Below, piece by piece: positions 8,661 through 18,894 of a stretch of 64,000 bases of DNA. Source of the DNA: Candidatus Bathyarchaeia archaeon. GTDB lineage: Archaea > Thermoproteota > Bathyarchaeia > Bathyarchaeales > Bathycorpusculaceae. The notes under the pieces were generated by a model. It was not told the DNA's origin. It did no database searches and saw only the letters and a program-made list of their open reading frames with translations. Location: contig JBMFKI010000004.1 of assembly GCA_049972525.1 (NCBI GenBank), forward strand, positions 15,879-79,878. Reading direction: 5' to 3'. The first letter of the stretch is position 1; each line of letters opens with the position of its first letter. The position numbers and the translations under genes are program-made.

Positions 8661-10566
8661 AAGTCTCCATGACGGAAGGCGCAAACGCTTGCAAACCCAT
8701 CCTTTTCTGAAGGAAGTTTGCAATGCTCAGGCATTTTGCTTTTTCGCCGTGACAAACTATTACTCTCTCTGGTTCTGGCTTGAGGCTTGATATGTAATTG
8801 ATTATTTGTTTTCTATCCGAGTGCCCTGAAAAGCCTTCAATAGATTCCACGCGCAGCCTTACTTTTATAACATCCATTTTACCTTCGCTGTTCAGAAGCG
8901 TAACTTCGTTTAAGCCCTTTTGGACGCGCCTTCCAAGAGTGCCTTCTATCTGATAACTGACGAAAATCACCGTGTTCGCTTCGCTTTCAGCCAACGCCTT
9001 AAAATACTCTATCACTGGCCCACCTTCAAGCATTCCAGAAGTTGCCAAGATTATGCATGGTTCTCCGTCGATCACATCTTGTCTGACGTTGGGATGTTCA
9101 ACAACCGTGAAGTAATCTGACTGGAACGGGTTAATGCCCTCATGTAAAATGCTGTTACGCACTTCTCTGCCTAAATATTCTGGATAAGCCGTGTGAATAG
9201 CCGTGGCTTCTGAAATCATCCCTTCAATGAATACTGGAGCTTCCTTCATTAACCCACGCTTCATGTAGCCGTCGATGATTAGCATTATTTCCTGAGCTCT
9301 GCCAACCGCGGGTACCGGAATCAAAACTTTGCCCCTACGCTCAAGGGTCTCATTTATAATCGTTGTTAGACGCTCTTCAGCTTCAACTCTCGACGGCATA
9401 ATGTCCTCTGGACCGCCATAAGTGCTTTCGGTGATAACAGTTTCAACCCTTGGAAACTCTCTTGTTGCGGCTTCGAGAAGCATTGTTCTTGCAAACTTGT
9501 AATCGCCAGTATAGACTATGTTATGTAACCCTTCGCCTATATGTAAGTGCACGAGAGAGGAGCCTAAAATGTGACCAGCATTATGAAGCGTTAATCGAAT
9601 GTCTGGAGCTATGTCCGTAACTACGCCGTAGCGCAGTGGAATCGTGTGTAAAACGCATTCTCTCACATCTTTCTGGTCGTATGGCGACATTATCCCCTGT
9701 TTGCTAGCTACATCCAGATAGTCAAGTTGAAGGAGCGTCATCAAATTGGATGTTGGAGCTGAACAGTATACTGGTCCATCATAACCATACTTGTAAAGGA
9801 AAGGAACAAGCCCGCAATGGTCAAGATGCGCGTGGCTTATCACAACAGCATCTAAAGAGTCAAGTTCAAACTCTGGATTGTCAAGCCTTGGAAAAGACTC
9901 AAAGGGCTTTGAAGAACCGGGGTTTATACCGCAATCAAGAAGCACGCTGCTCTCACGTGTTTGAACTAGAAAAGCTGACCTTCCAACTTCTTGGGCTCCT
10001 CCGAGAACAGTTATTCGGACGTCTCCGACCTCGTATATTTGTGGTCTAAAAATTCGCTCGCCTATTGTGCGCAGTATTCGTTCCCTCTCCTTGCTTTCTG
10101 AATGGAGGTAATGCCGCATGTGCGTAATAATCTTTGAACGCAACGGCGGACTCCTTAAGACATGTGGGCGCCACTTGGTCTGCCTAATTATTTCCTGTAA
10201 TACGGCACCATTTTTCCCTATGACAAGCCCTGGCTTTTTTGCTTCAATTATTATTTCACCTAGGCTTGGGTCAAAGTTTATGTCTGTTACCTCTGCTTCA
10301 GATGGAATTATCACCCTCGCTATTTTTTCAGCATCACCTTCTGGAAGCCTCACCGAGGGGTCAGAGCGCACAACTATTCTTTTTCTTATCACGTTAACTA
10401 TGTCTGCAATTAGACTGCTTTGCTCAACAAGCAACTCTGGTCTTTTGGTGTAGACGGCAAGCGTTGAACCTTCATACTCTATCCTGGTCACTTCAACCTC
10501 TTTTGGAACATGCTCCAGTATGTAGTGGCTTATTTCGATTTTATCCTTATCAGAGTTAGGTGTCAC
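8647..10566 (-). CDS. aCPSF1 / FttA-type beta-CASP ribonuclease with N-terminal KH domains
   Basis: 639 aa. Two N-terminal KH-like segments (GLVIGKNG) are followed by the metallo-beta-lactamase motif HAHLDHCG and a beta-CASP region. This is the typical archaeal aCPSF1 length and order. Confidence 0.9.
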   Translation of the reverse strand: MTPNSDKDKIEISHYILEHVPKEVEVTRIEYEGSTLAVYTKRPELLVEQSSLIADIVNVIRKRIVVRSDPSVRLPEGDAEKIARVIIPSEAEVTDINFDPSLGEIIIEAKKPGLVIGKNGAVLQEIIRQTKWRPHVLRSPPLRSKIITHMRHYLHSESKERERILRTIGERIFRPQIYEVGDVRITVLGGAQEVGRSAFLVQTRESSVLLDCGINPGSSKPFESFPRLDNPEFELDSLDAVVISHAHLDHCGLVPFLYKYGYDGPVYCSAPTSNLMTLLQLDYLDVASKQGIMSPYDQKDVRECVLHTIPLRYGVVTDIAPDIRLTLHNAGHILGSSLVHLHIGEGLHNIVYTGDYKFARTMLLEAATREFPRVETVITESTYGGPEDIMPSRVEAEERLTTIINETLERRGKVLIPVPAVGRAQEIMLIIDGYMKRGLMKEAPVFIEGMISEATAIHTAYPEYLGREVRNSILHEGINPFQSDYFTVVEHPNVRQDVIDGEPCIILATSGMLEGGPVIEYFKALAESEANTVIFVSYQIEGTLGRRVQKGLNEVTLLNSEGKMDVIKVRLRVESIEGFSGHSDRKQIINYISSLKPEPERVIVCHGEKAKCLSIANFLQKRMGLQAFAPSVMETFRLL

Positions 10567-10579
10567 TTCTTAAACATCC

Positions 10580-11218
10580 TCAACTAGACAGTAACCTTTT
10601 CTTCTCCTTATCGTTCAGTTCACGGTAGCCTTTTCCGTCTATAACTGCAACGTTAAAGCTGTCACCGCTTGCAGCGTCCCGCTTCATAGCAGAGTTTACA
10701 GCCTTAACAACCATTGGCAGAAACTCCTCTACGGTAACATCCTCGCGGTATCTGTCCTCTAAAATTCCATAAGCTATAGGCGAACCAGAACCAGTGGCAA
10801 CACACTTTTCTTCAGTTAGGCTTCCAAATGGATCAAGAGAGTAGACATGCGGACCGTTCTCGTCAACCCCGCCTATAAGAATCTGAGTTAGAAGAGGTGC
10901 ATATCTAGCTGAAAACAGTATGTTTGCAATCAGTCTTGCTCCAGAACTCACTGGTAGAGGTCTTCCCATGTTCAACTTGTATATTTGCGCGTTTGCCGTT
11001 AGTATGTCAACAGTCCTTTGGGCATCCGCAAGCGAACCAGCAATAGTCATCGCCAGATGGTCATCTATCCTGTATATTTTTTTGCCGTGCTTGTGGGCTA
11101 CGTAAAAGCCCATAGTTACTCGCGTGTCTGAGGCCAGTATTACACCGTCTTTGCATACGACGCCTATGGTGGTTGTTCCCTTAAGCGTCAACTTATCAAC
11201 TGCGTCCTTACTTATCAT
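10580..11218 (-). CDS. psmB: Proteasome subunit beta
   Basis: Propeptide followed by GTTTIGVVCKDGVILASDTR (Thr nucleophile context). 212 aa. Confidence 0.9.
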   Translation of the reverse strand: MISKDAVDKLTLKGTTTIGVVCKDGVILASDTRVTMGFYVAHKHGKKIYRIDDHLAMTIAGSLADAQRTVDILTANAQIYKLNMGRPLPVSSGARLIANILFSARYAPLLTQILIGGVDENGPHVYSLDPFGSLTEEKCVATGSGSPIAYGILEDRYREDVTVEEFLPMVVKAVNSAMKRDAASGDSFNVAVIDGKGYRELNDKEKKRLLSS

Positions 11219-11404
11219 CCCATTTTTCTCCCAAAACCTAAATAACTGCAGAATACTTCGCTAGGAAACAGCATCATTAAATCACACCGTGACATTTATT
11301 AACATTACGGTTAAGTGGAGAGAAATCAATAGCATTTAAATGCTAAAACACTCATTAAAATAAGGTTCGTATAGGCTGGTAAATGAAAGCAACTAGAGTT
11401 TAGA

Positions 11405-12472
11405 GTGGTTGATTTGCCTCTAAATCATCATCACATGCAGCTTCCAAGAGAGGTAATCGTTGGAGATGGCACCTTACAACGTGTTTCAGAAATCTCGCTG
11501 AAACTCGGTTTCACGAGATCCGCACTAATAGTTGCAGGCTCAAAAACCTACGAGATAGCTGGAAAAAACGTGAAGGAACTCCTCGAGAAGGAAGGCTTGA
11601 AAGTTGACACGGTGCTTGTTAAATCCGCGACTGTTAATGATGTTGAGGCTGTAGAGGAGAAAATCAAGTTTTTTAAACCGCAAGCTGTTTTCGGCGTAGG
11701 CGGCGGAACAAAGATTGATGTTGCAAAGTTAAGTTCAGCCCGTCAACAAGTTCCATTTATAAGCATCCCGACGACAGCATCCCATGATGGAATAGCAAGT
11801 CCACTTTCCTCCATCAAAGGGTTTGAAAAGCCATACTCCGTTATGGCTCAAGCGCCAGTAGCAATCATAGCGGACACGAACATAATAATTCAGTCGCCTT
11901 GGCGTTCAATAATAAGCGGATGTGGAGACGTAATTGCAAAATTCACAGCTGTAAGAGACTGGAAACTTGCACATAAAGAGAAAAATGAGTATTATGGAGG
12001 TTACGCTGCAAGCCTAGCTCTGATGAGCGCGAAACTCCTCATTGAAAACGCTCATGCAATTAAACCAGACAGCGAAGAAGGTTTACGCATTCTCATCGAA
12101 GCTCTGATAAGCTGTGGGGTTGCAATGAGCATTGCTGGAAGCAGCCGACCGTGCAGCGGTTCAGAACACCTCTTCAGCCACGCATTAGACATCATAGCAT
12201 CTTCTTCGCACGGGTTGCATGGCGAACAATGTGGTGTCGGAACAATAATTATGGCTTATCTACATAAGGCAAACTGGAAACGCATAAGGGAAACCCTAAA
12301 AAAGATTGGAGCGCCAACAAACGCGAAAGAGTTGAACGTGAAGGAAGAAGATATCTTAAAGGCTTTAGAGCTTGCCGCAAACCTAAGACCGGAAAGATAT
12401 ACAATTCTTAACAAGCTTAACTTAAATCGCGAAGACTATGAGAGAGTTGCGCAAACAACAGGGGTTATATAA
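11405..12472 (+). CDS. egsA: sn-Glycerol-1-phosphate dehydrogenase [NAD(P)+]
   Basis: Iron-type alcohol dehydrogenase fold with GVGGGTKIDVAK, IPTTASHDGIAS and SEHLFSHALD, the archaeal G1PDH pattern. The start may instead be the internal Met at 11435. Confidence 0.85.
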   Translation: MVDLPLNHHHMQLPREVIVGDGTLQRVSEISLKLGFTRSALIVAGSKTYEIAGKNVKELLEKEGLKVDTVLVKSATVNDVEAVEEKIKFFKPQAVFGVGGGTKIDVAKLSSARQQVPFISIPTTASHDGIASPLSSIKGFEKPYSVMAQAPVAIIADTNIIIQSPWRSIISGCGDVIAKFTAVRDWKLAHKEKNEYYGGYAASLALMSAKLLIENAHAIKPDSEEGLRILIEALISCGVAMSIAGSSRPCSGSEHLFSHALDIIASSSHGLHGEQCGVGTIIMAYLHKANWKRIRETLKKIGAPTNAKELNVKEEDILKALELAANLRPERYTILNKLNLNREDYERVAQTTGVI

Positions 12473-12492
12473 AGACTAGGCGCGGGCGAGAG

Positions 12493-13200
12493 CTAAGTTT
12501 TTGTTTCCTTTTTAGGTTCAGCCTTAAAGGTTTCAGTGAACTTTACAGTTGCTATCTCCGGAAAGAACTTTTGTATATCCACGGCTATTCCCCGTTTTGC
12601 CACCTGAATCCCTTCTAGGTAGAAGGCTTCTTCTGGCATTTCTATGCTAACAGCCTTTGCCTTAACCGTAAACTTGAACTTGCTTCCTTCCACTGTTGGA
12701 ACTCTGCGGTGAATGAGCGCCTCAACTTTCTCCTCCACGGTTTCAAGCTTCTTCTTAACGGTAACCTCGTAAACAAGCGTTTTTCCAGCTAGTGGAGGAT
12801 TAAAGTCTAATAGGACCCTTCCAGCTCCTATGGCACGCACTGTCGCCAGCTTTCCATCGTATTCCACGCGCATTCCTAGGCTTGGGGTTATTCCCTTATC
12901 TGTCAAATGCCTCAATGGAACGCGCCTAACTTTTTCTGGATCTCTAGATCCGAACGCTTTATCTGGCGGTATCTCAATAACAGATTGCTTACCAACTTCC
13001 ATATTTGTTAGGCTTTCATCCAACGCTTTTAGAACCCAACCTTCTCCTACGACAACAAGTTTAGGTTCGTAGATTTCTCCTTCCTTGTACAATCGCTCCT
13101 TTTTGGCTATATCCTCCATTGTTGTGTCGAAAACTTCTCCTGTTTCCTTCACTTTTGCAACATAGTCGATAAGTATGAAGTCGCCTTTTTGTAAAGACAT
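12493..13200 (-). CDS. FKBP-type peptidyl-prolyl cis-trans isomerase (long archaeal type)
   Basis: N-terminus KGDFILIDYVAKVKETGEVFDTT, an IF/flap insert, then AGKTLVYEVTV and an extra C-terminal domain. 235 aa. Confidence 0.85.
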   Translation of the reverse strand: MSLQKGDFILIDYVAKVKETGEVFDTTMEDIAKKERLYKEGEIYEPKLVVVGEGWVLKALDESLTNMEVGKQSVIEIPPDKAFGSRDPEKVRRVPLRHLTDKGITPSLGMRVEYDGKLATVRAIGAGRVLLDFNPPLAGKTLVYEVTVKKKLETVEEKVEALIHRRVPTVEGSKFKFTVKAKAVSIEMPEEAFYLEGIQVAKRGIAVDIQKFFPEIATVKFTETFKAEPKKETKT

Positions 13201-13306
13201 GTACTTTCATCCTTTATGGCATTGCATGTAGCTTTAAACTCTAATAAAAACTTTCTTCATACTTCTACTAAAATTTATTAGCGTGTTACGTTCATCATAA
13301 ACTGCA

Positions 13307-14095
13307 ATGATAACCCTAGACGACTTGTTTGCAGAGAACCCCTACCTAATAACGATATTATGGATCACCGTTGTAGCCGCTGCCGCGCTAATCATTGAAA
13401 GAGTTTTCACAAGATGGCTAAGACAAGTTATAAAGAAGAAAGAAATCCCACCAGCAGCTGGAAATGGGATCTTGCTAACTGAAAGAATCATAATTCTAAT
13501 AGGCGTTACAATAGCGCTTTTGCATGTGGGAGGATTACCATCAGAAACGATCATAAGCCTTTCCGCCGTCGGAGGCGCTGCGGTTGGGTTTGCATCCACA
13601 AGAACTATTGGAAACCTAATAGCTGGACTTTTCATCTTTGTGACGCGCCCCTTCCGCGTTGGAGATTATGTTCGCATAGATAGCATCGAAGGAATCGTAC
13701 AGGAAATAACGTTGAACTACGCGAAGATTTTAACGATTTCAGGTAACATTGTTTCGATAAGCACCCAAAACATCTTAGATAAGGACATAACTAACTACCG
13801 TTTTACTAAAGAGGAATCGCGCATGTTCCGCTACGGATTTGAGATAGCCTTTGACCACACCTTATCCGTGGATGAACTTGAAAAGATGCTGGACGCTGTT
13901 CTTGAAAGGTATGCTGGAAAAATGCCAAAAAAACCAGACTACCAACCAACAGGGATAACCGCATTCGCGAGAAGCTACAAAATTTACATTTACACCGAAA
14001 ATGCAGAGGACATCTTCATATTTTACCCAAAGATCATGCGGGAGATAATCCAAGCATGGGACGAAGCGAAAGCGAAGCTACCTAAGCAAGCGTAG
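13307..14095 (+). CDS. Small-conductance mechanosensitive channel (MscS family)
   Basis: Three N-terminal hydrophobic helices, then GNLIAGLFIFVTRPFRVGDYVRI. Confidence 0.8.
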   Translation: MITLDDLFAENPYLITILWITVVAAAALIIERVFTRWLRQVIKKKEIPPAAGNGILLTERIIILIGVTIALLHVGGLPSETIISLSAVGGAAVGFASTRTIGNLIAGLFIFVTRPFRVGDYVRIDSIEGIVQEITLNYAKILTISGNIVSISTQNILDKDITNYRFTKEESRMFRYGFEIAFDHTLSVDELEKMLDAVLERYAGKMPKKPDYQPTGITAFARSYKIYIYTENAEDIFIFYPKIMREIIQAWDEAKAKLPKQA

Positions 14096-14157
14096 CATTA
14101 GGTTTTTAAGTTTATATAACTGGAGAAATCCGTTAAATCAGAATAGAAGGCTAAACG

Positions 14158-15360
14158 TTGGCTGAAGAGAAATCAAATGCAAACGCCCGCAAGGCTGCAT
14201 ACTTCGGCATTTTATCCCTGGGCACAATAAGCTTGATGGGAGACATAATCTATGAAGGCTCAAAAGGCATAGTTCCAAGTTACCTTGCATATTTGGGTGC
14301 ATCAATAGCCATAATAAGCTTCATTGGTGGAGTAGGCGAATTTTTAGGCTATACGATGAGGCTTGTGGGTGGATATTTAGCTGATACAACTCGCAACTAC
14401 TGGATTTTCGTGTTCTTGGGCTACAGTCTAATAGTTTCAATTCCACTTATAGGGCCTTTAGGTACGTTTGGCTTGGGGATGATAATAGCTCTAGTTCTGC
14501 TTGAAAGATTTGGAAAAGCCATAAGATCGCCTTCACGAGACACCCTACTATCAATACTAAGTAAGAATATTGGCGCTGGAAAAGCCTTCGGTTTACATGA
14601 ACTTTTAGACCAGATAGGTGCAGTGCTTGGTCCAGTCATCGTATTTGTCCTAATGTTCGTGAGCACTAACAATTACGGTTACACTTTCACTTTTCTATTT
14701 GTGCCGTTTGCTGTGCTCCTGATGGTTTTGACTTACACATACAGGAAACTAAGCCGGAAAGTGATTGTTGCAGAATCGCAGGCAGCTGGTGGAAAAGCGA
14801 AACTTACAAAAGAATTTTACATTTACGCTTTTGCTGTTTTCTTCAACACCATGGGGCTTATTCCATACACGCTCATACTAGGCAAGGCCTCAGATATTCT
14901 CCCGCTGGAAGAGCAGTGGATTATACCGCTAATGTATACGCTTATTCAAGGGGTGGACGCGCCAGCCGCTTTGATTTCTGGATATGCCTATGACAAGTTT
15001 GGAATAAGGATTCTTGTTTCGCCCTTTCTCATTTCAATAGTTCCATCCGTGCTGGCAGTTGCAAACAGCGAGATGTTAACGTTATGGGTTGCCGCTATCT
15101 TCTTTGGTTTGGTGCTTGGGATGCATGAGTCGGTTTACCGCGCTGCAGTATCAGAGTTCACACCGATTACTTCAAGAGGCATGGCTTATGGAATTTTCAA
15201 CACCATGTACGGCGTAGGTTTCCTTGTAAGTGGCGGATTATACGGCTTATTTATGGCGCTAAGCGTACCATTCATATTCATGACATGTTATGCTGTGGTA
15301 ATTCAGTTGACAGCGATATATTTGCTGCTTAAGGCTTGGAGGCTTAAGCATCAAAATTGA
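14158..15360 (+). CDS. MFS-type transporter
   Basis: 400 aa with about 12 hydrophobic segments in a 6+6 arrangement and a central basic loop (RKLSRK). Confidence 0.6.
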   Translation: MAEEKSNANARKAAYFGILSLGTISLMGDIIYEGSKGIVPSYLAYLGASIAIISFIGGVGEFLGYTMRLVGGYLADTTRNYWIFVFLGYSLIVSIPLIGPLGTFGLGMIIALVLLERFGKAIRSPSRDTLLSILSKNIGAGKAFGLHELLDQIGAVLGPVIVFVLMFVSTNNYGYTFTFLFVPFAVLLMVLTYTYRKLSRKVIVAESQAAGGKAKLTKEFYIYAFAVFFNTMGLIPYTLILGKASDILPLEEQWIIPLMYTLIQGVDAPAALISGYAYDKFGIRILVSPFLISIVPSVLAVANSEMLTLWVAAIFFGLVLGMHESVYRAAVSEFTPITSRGMAYGIFNTMYGVGFLVSGGLYGLFMALSVPFIFMTCYAVVIQLTAIYLLLKAWRLKHQN

Positions 15361-15869
15361 CTTGCTTGATGTATTTTGGCGGAATGCTTTTGCATAAATA
15401 GACTTTATCAGTTGCTCTAAAGAATCTTAAACCATCTTTTCTGGCGGTTTCAGCGTCTATCCTAAGATCGCTGGTCTGCTTGTTCTTCGCATCCCCATCT
15501 TCGCTTCATCGGTTTTAGTCCCTCCTTCAAAATCTTCGAGGCTACGTTGGGCGTTGATCTGTGATAGAGCACTTTTACGGTTTTATCCTCTTCAAGCTTA
15601 ATCTCCACTAGAATGGTGTGCCCGTATAAGGCTCTAATTTTGTTTCCGACAACCTCAAAGCGTTTTTTACCACTTTTCTCAGCAATCACCAAAACAAAAT
15701 TTTTGTCCACGCCGAAACGCCGATTAAGTTTTTCTATAAGCTTGTCTAAATAAACAAAACCATATTCATCCATAACCAAGTCTCCAGGGTTATGTCTCAA
15801 AAGATAACTCATGTGCCTGCTCACCTTAACTCGCAAGTTATTCTCGATAAGCTTTCCCCACCATCGCAT
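15344..15869 (-). pseudogene. kptA: RNA 2'-phosphotransferase (KptA/Tpt1), apparently frameshifted
   Basis: ORF 15462..15869 encodes the KptA N-terminal part (VSRHMSYLLRHNP...KILKEGLKPMKR), then unrelated codons and a stop. A second frame (15344..15505) continues with the KptA C-terminus SEDGDAKNKQTSDLRIDAETARKDGLRFFRATDKVYLCKSIPPKYI. The expected R-x-x-VHLS junction segment is absent. Confidence 0.6.
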
Positions 15870-15900
15870 TCGTTTAACGCTTCGGCCAGTCGATTATAAA

Positions 15901-16578
15901 TCAGATTTTATTGAACTTTACGCGTGAATCACTGTGTGCGTACTTCATCCACTCATCTAATATTGGCTGAAAACCCAACTTGACATATGACTCGTAAACT
16001 TCTTCAAGCTTCTGTAGACACCGCTTCAAAAGGTCTTCAAGTATTATTTTCTTTTTAAGCTTCTCTTTAAGTGAAGTTACGATGGGTTTTAGCTCTTCTG
16101 GAAACTCTTTTGAAACCGCGGAGTTTGCATTTATACCTATGCCAACTACCGTGTAGTTCACATTTTCGCCTACGCTGTTAACTTCAGTAAGTATTCCACA
16201 GACCTTTTTTCCATCGAGCAGTACATCGTTAGGCCACTTGGTTTCGACGCTTAAACAGTAATTTTCATGTAAAGTTTTGGCAATCGCCAAGCCAGCGGCT
16301 ATTAGGATTCCAACCACCTCGTTAACTTTCATTTTCGGCCTTAAAATAAGAGAAAAATACAGTCCACCCTTTGGCGAAAACCATTTTTGCCCACGTCTTC
16401 CACGCCCAGCAGTCTGCTCCTCAGCTATTACAATAGTGCCTTCAGCGGCGCCATAACGCGCCAACTTCTTAGCAAAATTGTTTGTGGAATCCACTTTATG
16501 CAGCAGAATTATCGTTTTTCCAAACTTTTTTGTTTGTAAGCCTTCTTGGATTTTGTCAGCGTTCATAAGCAAATACAA
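15901..16578 (-). CDS. Biotin--protein ligase (class I, no HTH; C-terminal domain appears missing)
   Basis: GRGRRGQKWFSPKGGLYFSLILRP (biotin-binding loop) and KWPNDVLLDGKKVCGIL. The ORF ends at ...DSRVKFNKI, where the small C-terminal beta domain normally begins. Confidence 0.8.
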   Translation of the reverse strand: MYLLMNADKIQEGLQTKKFGKTIILLHKVDSTNNFAKKLARYGAAEGTIVIAEEQTAGRGRRGQKWFSPKGGLYFSLILRPKMKVNEVVGILIAAGLAIAKTLHENYCLSVETKWPNDVLLDGKKVCGILTEVNSVGENVNYTVVGIGINANSAVSKEFPEELKPIVTSLKEKLKKKIILEDLLKRCLQKLEEVYESYVKLGFQPILDEWMKYAHSDSRVKFNKI

Positions 16579-16580
16579 GC

Positions 16581-16985
16581 CTAGGGCTTTTCCACAAGCT
16601 CTAATAAAACGCCATGCGTACTTTTTGGGTGGATAAAAGCGATTTTTGCCCCTTCGGCGCCCATCTTCGGCTTTTCATCAACTAAGATTATGCCTTTACG
16701 TTTGAACTTTTCCAAGGTGACGCTTATATCGTCAACTTTAACAGCAATGTGATGTATGCCTTCTCCTCGGTTTCCAAGAAACTTTGCAACAGGGCTGTCG
16801 CTGCCAATTGGTTCAAGAAGCTCGATTTGTGTTTCATCGCCAGACGACAGAAACGCAACTTTAACTTTTCTTTCAGTTAAAACGTGTATGCCTTCAAGCT
16901 TAAAGCCTAAAATTTCGCTGTAAACTTTTATGGTTTCTTCTAAATTTTTCACTGCAACGCCGACATGATCAACACCAATGAACAT
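16581..16985 (-). CDS. mce: Methylmalonyl-CoA epimerase (VOC/glyoxalase fold)
   Basis: 134 aa: [13 protein letters not shown]...[13 protein letters not shown]...[14 protein letters not shown] is the typical epimerase pattern. Confidence 0.8.
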   Translation of the reverse strand: MFIGVDHVGVAVKNLEETIKVYSEILGFKLEGIHVLTERKVKVAFLSSGDETQIELLEPIGSDSPVAKFLGNRGEGIHHIAVKVDDISVTLEKFKRKGIILVDEKPKMGAEGAKIAFIHPKSTHGVLLELVEKP

Positions 16986-17171
16986 TTTTCTTTTTAGCTC
17001 CTATTCATTTTAGACGTTAAAAGCCATATCAAACACTGCAATAAAAGCTTGCTGTAATGTACTGCAACTTGCATTTTAAATTTGTAAACGTTTCAATATT
17101 GGGAAAAATGGAAAAACTATAAAGGTTAGGTCGTAAAATCTAAGTTTCTTAAAACGTGGAGAACTTCAAAG

Positions 17172-18872
17172 ATGGAAAAACACACGCATGACATAGTTAT
17201 AGTTGGCGCTGGACTTGCAGGGTTAAGGGCTGCAGTTGCCGCCGCGGAAAAAAGTAAGAAACTGGATATAGCAGTGGTGTCGAAGCTTCACCCGATACGC
17301 TCGCATTCAGTCTGTGCGCAAGGCGGAACAGCGGCTGTAATGCGTGAAAAAGACTCCTTTGATTTGCATGCTTTCGATACTATTAAAGGTGCAGACTACC
17401 TCGCAGACCAAGATGCCGTGGAATTCTTTGTGAGACAAGCACCTAAAGAAATAATTTTAACAGAACATTGGGGGCTGCCATGGAGCAGAACAGCGGATGG
17501 AAAAATAGATCAACGCCCATTCGGCGGTCACAGTTTTCCAAGGGCATGTTTCGCGGCGGACATGACTGGCTTCCATGAGATGCACACGCTTTATGGAAAA
17601 GCAACATCATATAGCAACGTGAAATTTTATGACGAATGGTTCGCAACCTCGCTAATAGTTGAAGATAACACAGCGGTTGGTCTGACAGCGATAGAGCTTA
17701 AGACTGGCGAGATGCATGCATTCAAAGCGAAAGCAATTGTGATGGCTACTGGAGGACACGAGCGCATATATGAATTCACAACATTTTCCTACACAACAAC
17801 TGGCGACGGAATGGCGATGGCATACCGCGCGGGAGTGCCACTTGAAGACATGGAGTTCGTTCAATTCCACCCAACAGGCTTGGTTCCGTCAGGAGTGCTA
17901 ATCACAGAGGGCGCTAGGGGAGAAGGGGGATACCTACTAAACGGTAAGGGAGAACGCTTCATGAAGAATTATGCTCCAGAGAAGATGGAGCTTGCCCCAC
18001 GTGACGTTGTTTCAAGAGCAGAACAGACAGAAATACTTGAAGGAAGAGGTTTTGAAGGACCATATGGACCATACATAGCCTTGGACTTAACACATCTTGG
18101 CGAGGAAAAAATAAACGAGCGTTTACCGTTAATACGTGAAGTCGCCATAAAACTAGGAGGAGTTGACCCAGTTAAGGAGTACATACCAATAAGGCCAGCA
18201 GCGCACTATTCCATGGGTGGAATAAAAGCCAACATAAAAACAGAAACACCAGTCGCTGGATTATATGCCGCTGGCGAATGCTCATGCATAAGCATCCACG
18301 GCGCAAACAGGCTTGGAACAAACTCGACAGCGGAATGCCTAGTTTTCGGAGCAGTTGCTGGGGAAGAAGCTGCAAAACACGCTTTGTCAACCAGTTTTAA
18401 GGAAATCCCAGGGGAGAAGCTTGCTTTAGAGGAAAAACGTGTCTATGACGGAATTTTGGGCAGTGAGGGGGGAGAGAAAGTTTCGGCTATTAGGGATGAA
18501 ATGCGCCGCACAATGAACGAGAAGGTATGGATTTTTAGAAGGGGCGACCAGCTTGAAGAAGCCCTAAAAAAGATAGGGGAACTTAAAAATCGATCCAAAC
18601 GGATAAAAGTTGAGGATAAACGCGGACCATTCAACAGCGGGCTCACGGAAGCCTTACAGCTCGACTTCATGCTAGACTTGGCAGAAGTCACTGTATACTG
18701 CGCGCTCGCCAGAACCGAGTCCCGCGGAGCACACACACGAAGAGACTATCCAAAAAGAGATGACGCAAACTGGCTTAAACACACATTAGCATACCGCACA
18801 CGAGACGGACCAAGACTCGAGTACATTCCAGTCACAATAACAAAGTGGACGCCAGCTGCAAGAACCTACTAG
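17172..18872 (+). CDS. tfrA: Fumarate reductase / succinate dehydrogenase flavoprotein subunit (TfrA-like)
   Basis: FAD motifs [30 protein letters not shown] and HGANRLG. No membrane-anchor genes are adjacent. Confidence 0.85.
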   Translation: MEKHTHDIVIVGAGLAGLRAAVAAAEKSKKLDIAVVSKLHPIRSHSVCAQGGTAAVMREKDSFDLHAFDTIKGADYLADQDAVEFFVRQAPKEIILTEHWGLPWSRTADGKIDQRPFGGHSFPRACFAADMTGFHEMHTLYGKATSYSNVKFYDEWFATSLIVEDNTAVGLTAIELKTGEMHAFKAKAIVMATGGHERIYEFTTFSYTTTGDGMAMAYRAGVPLEDMEFVQFHPTGLVPSGVLITEGARGEGGYLLNGKGERFMKNYAPEKMELAPRDVVSRAEQTEILEGRGFEGPYGPYIALDLTHLGEEKINERLPLIREVAIKLGGVDPVKEYIPIRPAAHYSMGGIKANIKTETPVAGLYAAGECSCISIHGANRLGTNSTAECLVFGAVAGEEAAKHALSTSFKEIPGEKLALEEKRVYDGILGSEGGEKVSAIRDEMRRTMNEKVWIFRRGDQLEEALKKIGELKNRSKRIKVEDKRGPFNSGLTEALQLDFMLDLAEVTVYCALARTESRGAHTRRDYPKRDDANWLKHTLAYRTRDGPRLEYIPVTITKWTPAARTY

Positions 18873-18894
18873 TCATAGGGGGCGTGTAAAGGAC

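Noticed and set aside
7671-8755. Minus-strand ORFs 7671..8114 and 8252..8755
   Set aside because: They are antisense to the PUA-domain and SepF genes. They are Ser/Pro/Phe-rich shadow frames with no family resemblance.
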